Source of the DNA: Takakia lepidozioides
Taxonomy: Eukaryota > Plantae > Bryophyta
Reading direction: 5' to 3'
Assembly: GCA_030704615.1 (NCBI GenBank)
Contig: CM060732.1
Location: 80,600,001-80,664,000 of the forward strand
Length of the DNA stretch: 64,000 nucleotides
Within the stretch, counting starts at the first letter, position 1; the number at the start of each line of letters is the position of its first letter. Both the position numbers and the translations under genes were made by a program. This document shows, piece after piece, positions 13,206-26,456 of the stretch. The notes under the pieces are model-generated. The model had not been told where the DNA came from, did not search any database, and saw nothing but the letters and a program-made list of their open reading frames with translations.

Positions 13206-15325
13206 TGCAGAAAAAGTTAAAAAGAGAGAGGGAGAGGGAGACAGGGAGAGAGAGGGACAGAGAGAGGGAGACAGAGGGAGAGAGGGGGCAACAAAGAAAA
13301 AACAAAAAGGTGTGGGGGGGGGGGAGTGACTGAGCAGTTGCTATTCAGTCACCTCGCCCCCCCACTTTCCTCTTTTTCTTTTTGTTTCCTGATCTCTCCC
13401 TCTCACTCCCTCTATCTATCCCTCTCACTCCCTCTCTCCCTCTCCCTCTATAAATCTTTGGATTTCATCTGGCCTTATACTTTTGAGGTTATTTAGTTTT
13501 TCATCCCTAATTTTTTTCATCCAAATCTGGATGATTTTATTATTGGATGATGAAACTTAATATAAAGCTAGAGTTACCATCTATTTTTTTTCATCTAAAC
13601 TGGATGATCTACATAAATAATGGTTACCTATTATAAAATCCAAGAGAATAATAAAACTACCATCATAAATGATGGTAGTTATTAAACCTAAACCTATACC
13701 ATAACCCTAAGAGATACATCTCTATGGGATGTCATCCAGTGACAAAATGCCTATCTTGGTAAAATGTGATATTTCATCCAGCCTGGATGAAAAATCGGGC
13801 AGTTTTGCCCTAAGCAGGCCGACACACTCCAAGCACTGAAATCGTGCTTCAGTGAACTTTGATGATGCGCCGTATAAACCTGCTCCCCTGCTGCTACATG
13901 GTACTCGTGATTGCTGGCTCTTGGGATGCGCAGAGGTGGTTAAACAGATTCTTCTATGGCAGACGATAAAGCCGCGATTGCTCTGATCAGGAACTCATGG
14001 TTCTTTATTTTGCAACGGCGCTTTTACTCCTTGTTGGGAAGTACTCTATCCCTATTTATCTACAGATTACTTGTTGCTCTCTCTTTGTGTATGAGCCACT
14101 CTCTAGCTGTGAACGCTTCTACTCTGACTGCGTTCTGTTGGAGACAATCTGTTGGAAGCCATGGCGCAAGGCATACCACAAACACTCAAGGTTTTTTTTG
14201 AGTTTACCATTGCTTGAACTGTGATCTGTACTTGCTTTAGAATTCAACACTGACATGGATAGCAACTGTGAAGACCTGCCACTTACCTGCTGCATCCTCA
14301 CTAACACACATCGCTATGTGGTGGTTTTTGGGACGGGCACAGGTGAGGGTCTTCACTTGTCTTGATTTCTTGAAGCTTGCAGTTCCCGTTCTTGCAAGTG
14401 TGGATACTGCCGCTGCCTAAGCTGCTGATGCCATCTGCTGTTTCGAACTACCACCATGCCACTTCAGACCTGCGCCAAGATTGCTCCAATGAGGATCTGT
14501 TTCTCTCCTTACCCCTGTTTATGGTTTTTTACAGCCACATTTGCATGTGTAGGAGTTTAGCTATGAAGGATACAAGGATACAAAAAAGCAGTTATTACTA
14601 TGACTGCCTTGATACTTGGCAAATGAGAACTCTTGGTATGACTCTGATGGATCAAAAGGATAGGCTTTGATAGATAACACACATTCTTCAAGGCCCTCGT
14701 ATCATTTTGGTTTCATGGCTTGATAACAAACTGGGGTTTCTGAGCTGCTCTTTCACCTTGGCAGAACCACCTTATGTGGCCTTAAAATACCATTTTAGGC
14801 CTATACATGCTTAAGGGGGCTCTACACTGATGTTTCTTCTTCCTTTTTAAGAATCTTGCTTATATCTTGGTTCTAAAACATCATCTTCAAACCAAACCTG
14901 CAATCTGGTTTTTGAAATGAGTTTATAATGGATTCTTGAGACGATGATGTGTACTTTGGTGCTTTCATGATATGATTGACCTGGAATCCCACCCTCCCGC
15001 CCTGTTTTTTCAGAGACCCTGAAATGTAATTGGGTATTCAAATGAGATTGTAAACATGAAAGAGAATGTTAGATGGTGCCCTGTAAAGGGCTGTTTTGTC
15101 TTTCAATGACAATGACCTTAGCAGTCTTGTCCATGTCTTGACATGACATGTATATCTTCCCTCTCTTTCGTGCTGCTCACCAAAAAAAAAAACCACAGAG
15201 GGAAAGAGGGGGTAGAAAAAGTTAATAAGAGAGAGGGAGAGAGTGGGAGAGAAAGGGAGAGGGAGAGAGGGAGAGAGAGAGAGAGGGGGGCAACAATGAA
15301 AAAAAATGGGTTGGGGGGGGGGGGG

Positions 15326-17198
15326 GGTCAGATGGTGGGGTCAGCTGCAGCATATGTCCAATATCAGATATCCTAAGTTAATCGACTCTATATCTTGGAA
15401 ACAGGACCGCCCACCGACCTGTCAAACAGGCTAAGTCCTAGGAGAAGACAGTAGAAGAGATTCTCAAGGACGTGGACTTGGAACCGCAAGTCTTCACCCT
15501 GCTGGATAAATGTGACTTAGAGGCTGTAGTGTCCAACCATGTCTATTGCCATGAGATTGTCTGATAAAAATGAAGTTAGGCAAAAAACTTCCCTGAACTT
15601 GTTTCCAGTCAGTGACATGGGGGAGGACATCTTGGATGACCTCAAGGGTCTACCCACTCGGCACTAGACTGAAATTTAAACTCAGGGCAGGAAGCCTACC
15701 TTTGAACACCAAACAGAAGCAGAGAGGAAAGGGAGAGTGCAATTGCTCGTTGTGTGGGCAATCTGAAGACAGTATTCATTTTCTGATACACTGTCCGGGG
15801 TTCTCTCACCAAAGAGACACTCTCTTCAAATCTATCAAGGGAATTGTGCATGTACCTCTGTTTACTAACTTTGAAAAAGTCGAGGCTAAGCCAAAAGCCC
15901 AGCCCCTTCTGAGGCCTAGTTTTTTGGGCATCTCACACGCAGCAGATTGATGCTTGTGTGAAGGGATTTGTAGAGGATATACGGAAAACCCGGATTAATT
16001 CTATATGTGAAGGTAAGTCTTACTACCAACGTCAGCCCTTGACAGAGGTAGGATCTGTCCCTTTTGTTTCCCCAAGAGAGCGGGCAACAAAGAAAAACAA
16101 AGAATGTGGGGCGGAGGGAGTGACTGAGCAGCAACAGCTCCTTCTGTGCTGCTCTCTTTTAAGCTCCCGACGAGATAAATTCAAGGTCAGATGGTGGGTT
16201 CAGCTGCAACATATGTCCAACACCAGATATCTTAAATTAATCAACTCTATATCTTGGAAACAGGACCGCCCACCGACCTGTCAAACAGGCTAAGTCCTGG
16301 TAGAAGACAGTAGAAGAGATTCTCAAGGACCTAGACCTGGAACCGCAAGTCTTCACCCTGCTAGATAAATCTGACTTAGAGGCTGTAGTGTCCAACCATG
16401 TTTGTGGGCAACATGAAGACATTATTCATTTTCTGTTCACTGTCCGAGGTTCTCTCACCAAAGAGACGCTCTCTTCAAATCTATCAAGGGAATTGTACAT
16501 GTACATCTGTTTACTAACTTTGAAAAAGTCGAGGCTGAGCCAAAAGCCCAGCCCCTTCTGAGGCCTAGTTTTTGGGCAACTCACACACAACAGATTGATG
16601 CTTGTGTGAAGGGATTTGTAGAGGATATCTGGAAAACCTGGATTAATTCTACATGTGAAGGTAAGTCTTACTACCAATGTCAGCCCCTGATAGAGGTAGG
16701 ATCTGTCCCTTTTGTTTCCCCAAGAGAGGGGGTAACAAAAAAAAACAGAGAATGTGGGGGGGGGGAGCGACTGAGCAGCATGGTCACATGGTGGGTTCAG
16801 CTGCAACATATGTCCAACACCAGATATCCTAAGTTAATCGACTCTATATCTTGGAAATAGGACCGCCCTGACAAACCTGGTGAGCCCTGGGAGAAGAGAG
16901 TAAAAGAGATTCTCAAGGATCAGAATCTGGACCCGCAAGTCTTGACCTTGCGGGATAAACCTGACTTAGAGAGTGTAGTGTCCAAAGCCATGTCTGTTAC
17001 CAAAAAATTGTCCGATGAAAATGAAGTTAGGAAGAAAACTTCCCTGAACCTGTTTCCAGTCTGTGACATGGGGGAGGACATCATGGATGCGCTCAAGGGT
17101 CTATCCCACTCTTGGCACCAGACCTAAATTTCAAGTCAGGGCAGGAAGACTACATTTGAACAGTAAACAGAAGCAGAGAGGAAAGGGAGAGTGCAATT
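15326..17198 (+). mobile_element. Three tandem copies of a LINE 3' fragment (C-terminal CCHC region)
   Basis: Units start GGTCASATGGTGGGKTCAGCTGCA at ~15326, ~16185 and ~16782. Encodes KFKLRAGSLPLN...CSLCGQSEDSIHFLIHC. Copy 2 is internally deleted; copy 3 is truncated at ~17198. Confidence 0.75.
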
Positions 17199-18625
17199 TC
17201 CCAGACGTACCTCTGCTGCTGTTGGTGCTTGAAGCGAGCTGGCGCGGCGAGCTGCTGTGGTGCTGTCGCGGCTGCCAGCAGCGCGGGTCCCCGCCGCTGC
17301 AAGGCGTCTCTCCCCCGCTCACCACGGCTCTCTCTCCCTTCAGCTCGTTAGGTCGCGCCTCTGCGCGGCGTTCCTACCACACAGGGGAGAGAGACATCAG
17401 CCCGTGCTTAGGGCAAGAAAGAAAGACAGAAAGTGAGGGAGGAGGCGGTGCTTACCTTGGGCGTTGGAGCGGCGTTGGGGCAAACTTCTTGGTGCCTTGC
17501 GACCACCTCAGGCTCAGCAGCAGGTGCGTTTCTCCTCCACCCTAAACCCCACTCTCTGAACTACCTCTCTCCCAAAGAACAAACAAAAATGGGAGGGGAA
17601 GAGATGCTTGAAGCACTTAGGAAAAAAAGGCGCGGCGCCCACGTGCGACGCCCGGCCGTCGCACGCCTGCGCCCGCCCTTTTTTGAAATGTAAAAATGAA
17701 TATTCCGACGGCTGGCCGTCGTTTCTTGCGACCCCCGGCCCCATAAATAAAAAAACACGTCGCCCCCCGCGACGGCTGTCTGTCGCGAGGTGCGACCCCT
17801 AGTTAAAAAAAAAAAAAAAAAAAAACGCGTCGTCCAATGCAATGCCAGGGTGTCGCAGGAGGCGACGGCCGGCCTTTCTGGATTTAGGGTTTGGGGCCTT
17901 TTGGGTTTCTTAGTTTTTATTTTATTTTATTTATTTATTCATATGGTACTGGGTTAGGGTGTTTGCTTTTCTTTATGGTGCTGGGTTTTGGATTGGCGGT
18001 TTTGGTTTTGGGTCTTGGGGTTAAAAGGATAAACGGTGTAATTAGGATCACATACCCAAATGTGGTTCAATCTGATAATCGCAAAGCGCTAGGTCTCAAC
18101 AAATTTTTCCATAGTGTGAGCATCCTGAAGATAGAACGAGAGGAAGGATTTATTGTCTTGGGCTCTAGCACCATAGGGATGCTTCGCCTTTGGTTACCAA
18201 TTTTGAAAGCCCCGAGGCTGAGGCATAGGGTTTTTTTGCCAACGGGTTTTGAGAAATGAAAGTGTTGGTGGTGTGTGTTAATTAGGATGGAATGGTGAGG
18301 AAACATCGACCCGTCTCCCTCGAGGATGGGGAAGTAGTACCACATATCGATTGTGGCCTAGAGTGACCATTTTTCGTGGTGAGGAGACACCCATTGCACC
18401 TGATCCAATACAGGCTGCCGGGCACAATCATAGAAGGGACCGGTGATTCGGAGGATGTTGACACTCCGGGATCGAGTCGGGCACGCGCGGGTTGCCCCCT
18501 CGCGGCCACCCCGTCCAAACACGTCCACCTTTGACCCCCCCCCCCCGACAGGATTGAGTGTTGGTGCACTAAGTGTTGGGAACGGATACCGCCGGGCGGC
18601 ACCAGACCACCGAGGCGGCGACCGC

Positions 18626-19932
18626 ATGTTGTCGAAAAACATTACAAGAAGAACAGATTGCGGATGCGGCAAATGTGAGTGTTTTTCCCACCCCTCTCGT
18701 TAACATTCATTCAAGGTACATGTAGGTTTATCTAATAATATAAATATGATTGGTAAGCATACATGAATCAAATTTACGACATAAGTATTGATGCGTCGTT
18801 CACTACGCACATTGCAGCCACGACTTGATGCCCACTCGCAATCACATTGCACATGAGGCATTCGCGCCGTCTACTTGTAGAATTTGTGCAGAGCATGTGC
18901 CCGATGTGACCAGTTGGTTCCCCAGCAACACGTAGATGAGATGCGTAGGGTCGAGAGGTATTGTAGGTGTCGTAGGCGTTATGGCCGGCGACAAGCAGGC
19001 CCACCCCCCCCCCCCCCCCCCCCCCGCGTCTGTTTCTTTGCCTGATCCACATCCGGTTGTACCTGATCCGGACGTTGTACCCCCGGCTGCACCTCCGACA
19101 TTACATCCCCAACCACCTCCACCTCCACCTCCACGTGCATGTGCCCCCGAACTCCTAGGAGGGTCGGCTTCGCCCTAGGTTTCCTCCCCTTCTGCTTGGG
19201 CGGCATGAGCCGGATCCTCGCCCCCGATGGGAAGCGCATAGGACTATGTTACTGAGGACCATCCAGGCTCGTTGTTGGAAGAATCATCTCGACCCTCCCA
19301 CCCCCATCCGAGAAAATGTGGAGTTCGAGTATTTGGGGAGACGGTATGTTGTGAGAGCCGCTACAGACCCTGCTAGGGTCGGGGTTTATTCAACGTTCAA
19401 TGATATTGTGGTTCATCCTCGGAGAAACAACATGTGGACTTGTTTCCCTACTACAGTCACTACACCTCCGCAGAGTTCCGTACATTACGCCTCGAAGCCC
19501 CATACATCCTACCATACATTTTGTGTGTCAACGGACAGGATGTACGTAGACGGAGGTTGTCTCCCATTGAGATCAGATTTTGTGATGGTGACCCCGACAT
19601 CTTCGGCAATGTTGCTGGGCTGGTCCTAGTTCTTTTGGTCATCCTAGGAAAACCAATGTAGTATGGGACGAGCAAAGCGATGGGCATGAGAGCTTTTGTG
19701 GTCATACATCAGTATAGTGTGAGGGGATGCACATGTTGTGTATGACATGTGCTAGTAGGACTATTAGGGCTGGCAGCGAACTATTTGCATCATACGAGTT
19801 CTCCCGGGATGATTGGGACCTCCGATTACAGCGTGAGTGGGATGTGTATGATAGAAATAGGGTTTCTTTGAGACAGGGATCACGTAGAGGGGCATGTAGA
19901 TATTCTCATGATGACTTTGTATCATCCGATTA
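18626..19932 (+). pseudogene. CACTA-borne gene: Cys/His N-terminus, Pro-rich linker, SET-domain-like C-terminus (frameshifted)
   Basis: Stitched frames give ARVGVYSTFNDIV...DLFPYY...YIL...DGDPDIFGNVAGLV.SSFGHPRKTNVVW...ASRTIRAGSELFASY, following the SET consensus order GxGVFA..DI / EY.G / DA...GN.ARFINHS..PN / A.RDI..GEEL..DY. Confidence 0.6.
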
Positions 19933-20512
19933 ATCGATTGATGTAAATTTTTTCTTGTGTGCTCGTGTGGGTTGCAACTTTGCATATGTGATCTAAACAT
20001 ACTTATGCACATGTGGACCAATATGAGCTTGAACCAAGTTGATTCAATGGGTCCTTCTAAGTGTTTGAATGCACTACTTTTCATAGAGACGGAAAATTTG
20101 TTAAACACAAGTCATTTGGACCCATACAGATTTTGTTCTTTTTTTTGCATTAAGTTCTTCAACTTCATGAATGAACCAGATTTTGTTCTCCGTTCTCTCA
20201 TTTGCATTTCCAAGTTGAATTATCTTCAACTTCATGCACTCTTCATAGAAGTTATGCAAAAAGGACCCTAGAAACACACTTAATTTTTTTTCCATTTTTC
20301 TTTTGTCCCATTGTTTGCATGGATGTATGGGGCAAAGCCCCAATGTCACAGAACAAAATAGAGCTAAGAAAATAATCATAGAGCTAAGAAAATAATCATT
20401 TACACCCCTCAAAACCGCATCATATATTTTTCTAAATGCAAATATTTATTTTTAAATTCATTTAAATTCGATTTAATTCAAAATTGTTGCAAGGGTGAGT
20501 GCGTCGTTGGGG

Positions 20513-20553
<41 letters not shown>

Positions 20554-22256
20554 GATCTTTTACAGGTGTTGCACAAATATTTAAGCACATGTAGGAAAAA
20601 ATGAAGCTTGAGCCACATCCATTTGTTGGGTACAATGGCATGAGAAGATTTTCTTTCACATTAATAAACAAAAATTGGTTGATAGAGGTGAATGCGTCAT
20701 TGGGGGGGAAATGATTTTGTTTGGGTTTGAAACTTTGCATGCGTGTACGGTTGCGCACATACATGTAATTATTGAATGACATATTTGATGCACACACACA
20801 TTGAAGGTTGTTGTTTGCATTTCGCTTTATAATGAAGTGTATGATTGCAAGGACACATTATACATTATAATATATGTCCCTATGTTCATTTGTTCGTATC
20901 AGGACTTTGTCCATCCCTTCCCGGTCTTTTCTCTTGGCACCCCATCCGAAAACAACCCAAGTACATCAGGGCGGGAGCCGTGGGCGAGACGCCGCCCCAC
21001 GGTACCGGACGATGATGACGATGACAGTGATAGTGACAGTGACAACAACAATGAGCATGGAATTAACCAGGAGGATGTGCAAGCCATGGAGGATCTCTTA
21101 ATGCATCATGTGGGCACTGATGCATCCCATGAAGAGGGAACCCGGCCAATCGATGATCCTGAAATGGCCCCCTCAAATGACATGGAGAGGGAGGCGAGAA
21201 CTCCCTTGTACGAAGGGGCGAAAGTGAGTCGACTTTCAACAATCTTACTTTTGCTCAATCTTCAAATTCGATTTGGCATAAGTAATGTTGGGATGTCTGC
21301 CATAATGCGAACTATTGCAGACTATATCCTTGCTCCACACTTGAAACCCAAGATGCCACGGTCGCGGAAAGAGGCGCGCGAAGTCTTGGACTCTGTGGGG
21401 ATGGGCTATAAGATTTTTCATGCATGTCCATGTGATAAAACCCTATACTATGGAGAGGATGAGGATGAGAGACATCTTGCTTTGGACAATGCATGATTAT
21501 CCAGGTATATTTTGTTCCCCTATGAACAACCGCGTACATTCACTTGTCAATGCCGGATGAGGATGAGGATTGGGTTTGATTGAAGTAGCGGCGACAGTCT
21601 TGTGCACCGTAATGGGGTAGATGATATTATGGGCCATGCACATGACAACTTTTGTTTTTGCTAATGTGGCGGACTAACTATTTGCTCGGGGCTAAGCACC
21701 AAAGGGTACCATGCATGCTTGCATTGTTGCATGATCTGATGCACATAGCTCCCGCCATCTTCACAAGATGGTGTATCCCAACTACCGTAAATTTCTTCCT
21801 ATGAGCCATCGATGGAGAAGAAGAGAGAAACACTTGTTTGATGGCAAAGAGGAAGTACGTCCCCCCCTATGACATCGTCCGGGAAGTTTTGGGAGGACCG
21901 ATGGAAGGAGGCCCATGCGGGCACGGACGGTGAAGTGGACGTGCCCGGCATGAAACGACTTTCAATCTTCTACGAGTTGTCATATTGGGCGGTACATATT
22001 CCACAAAAACACCGTCAATATCCCTATACATGAATGTGATATTGTACATTTGGTATGCGTTGCATTGTCACTTTCACGTAAAAAAATTTGTGTAAGTCTT
22101 TGTGGGTGGGGATATATGTATGACCTGAAGATTCGCCATCTTCTAGATCCCATGCATATTGAGAACAATGTCTGCTCGTCTTTTTTTTTGGTTCTTCATG
22201 GCACGCCGGCAAAGAAGGGAGTGGCTGCAAAAGGAGATTATCTCGGTGTTAGAAAG

Positions 22257-22982
22257 TGTCGCGCACCTCACTTTCGTAAGCTCCCCTTCAAGTCATAGTT
22301 ACTCGCTTTGATGCGCGCGCCTAACTCCCAACCTGGCCGCCAGGCCAACTTGGAGCTTCGGCTGCTCACCGGGGCATAACGGTCCCCCTTTGATCTCCCA
22401 AAGAACCCTCCACCGATTTGGGCCCAACGGGAATTCCCTTTGGTAGTTGGCAGTCCGGAACAGCTCCCCACTCTTTGGTCGCTTTCCGGCTCGCTCGCTT
22501 ACTCACTAGTTTTTGTCACCAACGGGCTTGCACCGTTCTCGGGGTTACTACTCCCTATATATACTTCTGTAGCTGTCCGCGGGGGTTTCACAACCAGCCA
22601 TGCCATTTTTATGGCGAACCACCACAAAAACCTCGACTCCCGGTGATGAGTTGCGGTGAGTCTTGGCCCACTCACCACGGCCCCTATGGACCGTGATGAG
22701 TCCCAAGACTCCCCACGACTCCCACCACGAGGTCTCCGCCCCCATGGTGATCCTATGCCACCCCCACTAAGTCCCGCTAAGCTACCACCACCCCTTTGTG
22801 AAGCCACCCCCACCGCATCCCGGTGTGCGGGCTCCACCTAGTGAGCACCTCCGCCTCCTTGAGTGCTTTGGGCACTCAAGGGTGCTTCAGCCCCCCGTAC
22901 CTATCGCTGCCACTGCCCCCACCACAGGGGCAGCCCCTCATGTGTCCCGACCCCCCTGCCCTCAAGGCAAAGGGCAGCGACA
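22257..22982 (-). repeat. 3' LTR of the chromovirus (~726 bp)
   Basis: Near-identical direct repeat of 28204-28932. Confidence 0.95.
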
Positions 22983-23888
22983 CACACCCCTACCAACAGG
23001 GAGTCGATGTCCTCATCGACTTGTCCATTTTGTAGAAACGAACATCCAAGTTGTGGCGTCCCACATCAAGGAGTTTGTTTCCGTACCATGGCGTTCCATG
23101 GCGAAGAACCAAACCCCACACTTGACTCTACTCTCCACTAGCTAGTTCGGCCGACTTCCTCCAAGTCCTGGCCAGGGGTGGAGCCTCTCAAGCTCCTCCC
23201 AGTGCACTCTTCTTGGCCTACTTCAAGGCCAATGAACGATCCTCCCCGAGGATCGAATCGCCTTACTGCAACAACATTGCTTGCGATCACTCATGATGCC
23301 GCCTTTGGCATCACATTGCGCAAGGGTTCACCTCAAACCCCCTTTGACTAGGAAGATAACCTTGAACCAACCGTGCGCCCCAATCACTACAATTGGTTCC
23401 GTCTTGGAATGCTGGCCTGAGGTACGGGAACACGTCGAAGCCGCACTACGACTTCGTCCCGAGGCTACACGATTATAGTACGTGAACGGAAGCACGTAGC
23501 TTCCGCGTTAGCCCGCACTACAAGGCAACCACCTCGGTAGCGCAGTTATAGTACGCGCACGCGCCAGGTGCGCACTAGCACGTGAACTCCCAAAGAAGGC
23601 GCATGTTTCCTTGCCCCTTGGATGGGAGTCACCCGATTTCGGCATTGCGCAAACACACGATTAACCCAATTTACCTCTCCCACTTTTGTAAGCTAGCATG
23701 CATTCTACACACTAGCCAACCACACCATGCATCACCATTCCAAACAAAATAGGACGCACAACATTTCGAACCCATTTCCTTTATAACAAATTTTTGTACA
23801 ATACAAGTTTTTGCAATCGGATTCCTGAGCTAGCTAAGCCGGGCTAAGCATGCATTTCCTCCCCCACGCTCCAAGGTTGATGTCCCCA

Positions 23889-26456
23889 TCAACGCTTCTT
23901 CCGCTTTTGAGGTCGCCCTTCGAAAACTGCAACCGCCTCGGATGCGTTTCCCATTTCTGAGGCACGCACCCAAGATGCCTCCACATGATGATAGCCCTTC
24001 CATTTGACGAGATACTCCGTTTCTCGGTTCTTGAACCTCCTCAACTTAAGTACTGCCTCCACCTCGTACTCAGGTTCATTTTCATGATCCAACAGCACAG
24101 GTGGCGGACGCAACACTTGATGCCGATTCGGACGCGCTTCATCTTTGAAGTAAGGCTTCAAAAGGGAGACGTGGAATACTGGATGCACCTTGTTGTTTTC
24201 CGGCAGCTCCAATTCATACAGATCCTCATTCATAACCTTCCGGATGCGAAAGGGTCCCGCATACGGAGGTACGAACTTTGGACTCACTTCCGGAAGTAGT
24301 CGAAAATTCTTGATGTTAACCAGACCTCCGTGCTTGCCTCAAACTTCACTTCCCTCCACTTCCGATTTGCCTGCCTTTCATACCGTTTCCTAGCTTTGCC
24401 AATGTTGTACTTTGCGAGCTTCAACAAACGCTCGCGAAGTGCCCTCCAAAATTTACTCGTAAACTTTGGATCGCGGTCCGAGACAATATCCTTCGGGACT
24501 CCATGATGCTTTAAGACGTGGACGAAGTAAAGTCGCTCTGTTTCCTGCGCCGTTGTCGTGTCCTTGGTGGGGATGAAATGACCCATTTTACTGAACCTAT
24601 CCACCACCACCATGATTGCATCGAATCCTTTTGACAGCGGTATAGCAGTCATGAAATCCATCGAGAAGCTTTCCCAAGTCCCCTCTGGAATCGGCAAGGG
24701 TTGTAACAGCCCCGCTTGCTTTTTGTACTCGCTCCGATTTTGTTGGCATGTGGAGCATGTCTTGACATACTCCTCTGCCTCCTCCCTCAGTTTGGGCCAG
24801 AAATACTCTTTCTTCAAGAGTGCCGCAGTACGCTTGGCCCCGCCGTGGCCCGCAAGCGGGCTATCATGGCATTCTCTCAAGAGGCTATCTCTGATCCCTC
24901 CCTTCGGCACGTAGAGACGCTTTTGCTTATACCGGAGCAGTCCATTTTGCAAGTGGAACTGCGATTTAACCCCCATCCTCAAGTCCTGCATCACGGACTT
25001 CGCCAGCTCATCCTTCCGGCAAGCCTTCCGGATCTTCCTTTGGAGCGCCGTCTCGCCCTTGTACACCAACAAGAGCTGCTGCTTTCTACTTAAAGCATCG
25101 GCCACCACGTTGTCTCGTCCCGGTTTGTACTGGATATCCACGTCGAACACTGCCAAAGTATCTTGCCACCTAAGTTGTTTTGGGGACAACTTGGGCTGCG
25201 TGGCAAAATACTTCACCGTGACATTGTCCGTGAACACCTTCACTGGGTTGGCACCAACATAGTGGCGCCAAAGCTCAAGACAGTGCACCACCACCTTCAT
25301 CTCTTTCTCGTGCGTCGGCCACCGTCGTTCCACTTCATTTAGTTTCTTACTTTCGTAAGCCACTGGACGTCCATCTTGCATCAGTACACCCCCAATTGCG
25401 AAGTCCGACGCATCTGTATGTATCTCGAACAGACGATCGAACTCCGGGATTTTCAAGACTGGAGCTTCCGCCATCCGCTGCTTCAATTTAGCAAAAGCTT
25501 GGCCACAAAAGGTGTTCCATGCCCAGACTTTGGATTTACACAGAAGGTCTGACACCGGCCCCGCGATCTTGGCGAAATTTCTCACATACTTCCGGTAATA
25601 GGAGGCGAGTCCTAGGAAGGATCGCACTCCCGGGACCGAAGTCGGAGGCTCCCAGTCCAAGATTGCCCCCACCTTCCTGTCATCCATTCTGATCCCATCC
25701 TGTGTAATCACATGCCCCATGAACTCCACTTTTGTGACCCCGAATTCGCACTTTGAAGCTTTGGCATACAACTTCTCTTCTCGCAATTTTTGGAACACCC
25801 TTTTTCAGGTGTTCCAGGTGCTCCTCCTTTGTTTTCGAGTACACCAAGATGTCGTCGATGTACACGATCACAAAGTCATCCAACCACTCCTGAAAAATGT
25901 TGTTCATCAGCGTGCTAAATGTCGCTTGTGAGCCCAAAAGGCATCACCAAGAACTCATATGAACCATACCTTGTCCTACACGCGGTCTTCTCCTCATCTC
26001 CTTCCGCCACCCGAATTTGATGATAGCCGGAGCGCAAGTCGATCCGGCTGAAATATTTCTCTCCTGCCAACCGATCGAAGAGGTCGTCGATCCTTGGCAA
26101 ATGGTACCGGTTTTTTATAGTCACCTTATTCAGAGCCCTGTAATCGACACACATCCGCACCGTCCCATCCTTTTTATCTGCAAATAGCACCGGGGCTCCG
26201 TAAGGTGACTTACTCGGCCGGATGTACCCCTTTGACATTAGATCTTTGAGCTGAGTCTTCAGCTCGACCAACTCTCTGTGGCTCAACCGGTAGGGCGCCT
26301 TGGCAGGCGGTTCCGATCCCGGTATCACCTCAATCTTGTGGTCAACTCCTCTTCGCGGTGGCAAACCGCTTGGTAAATCCTCCGGCATCACATCCTGGTA
26401 TTTCTCCAAAATCCCCTTGATCCAATCTGAGCTCGGCTCCCCATCGCCTTCTCCCT
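23889..26456 (-). pseudogene. pol: Gypsy Pol (RT, RNase H, integrase, chromodomain), frameshifted, with an integrase deletion
   Basis: [59 protein letters not shown]...YLVKWKGY...SWV, spread over four ORFs. Confidence 0.9.

Noticed and set aside
6230-13812. TIR pair for DUF7869 copy 1 (TTTTCATCCAGG vs CCTGGATGAAAA)
   Set aside because: Similarity is partial and no TSD was found, so termini are left unassigned. If real, it would argue against the NIF gene being cargo.
13900-15150. Possible host gene with short ORFs and a GTGAGG donor
   Set aside because: No recognisable domain or consistent exon chain.
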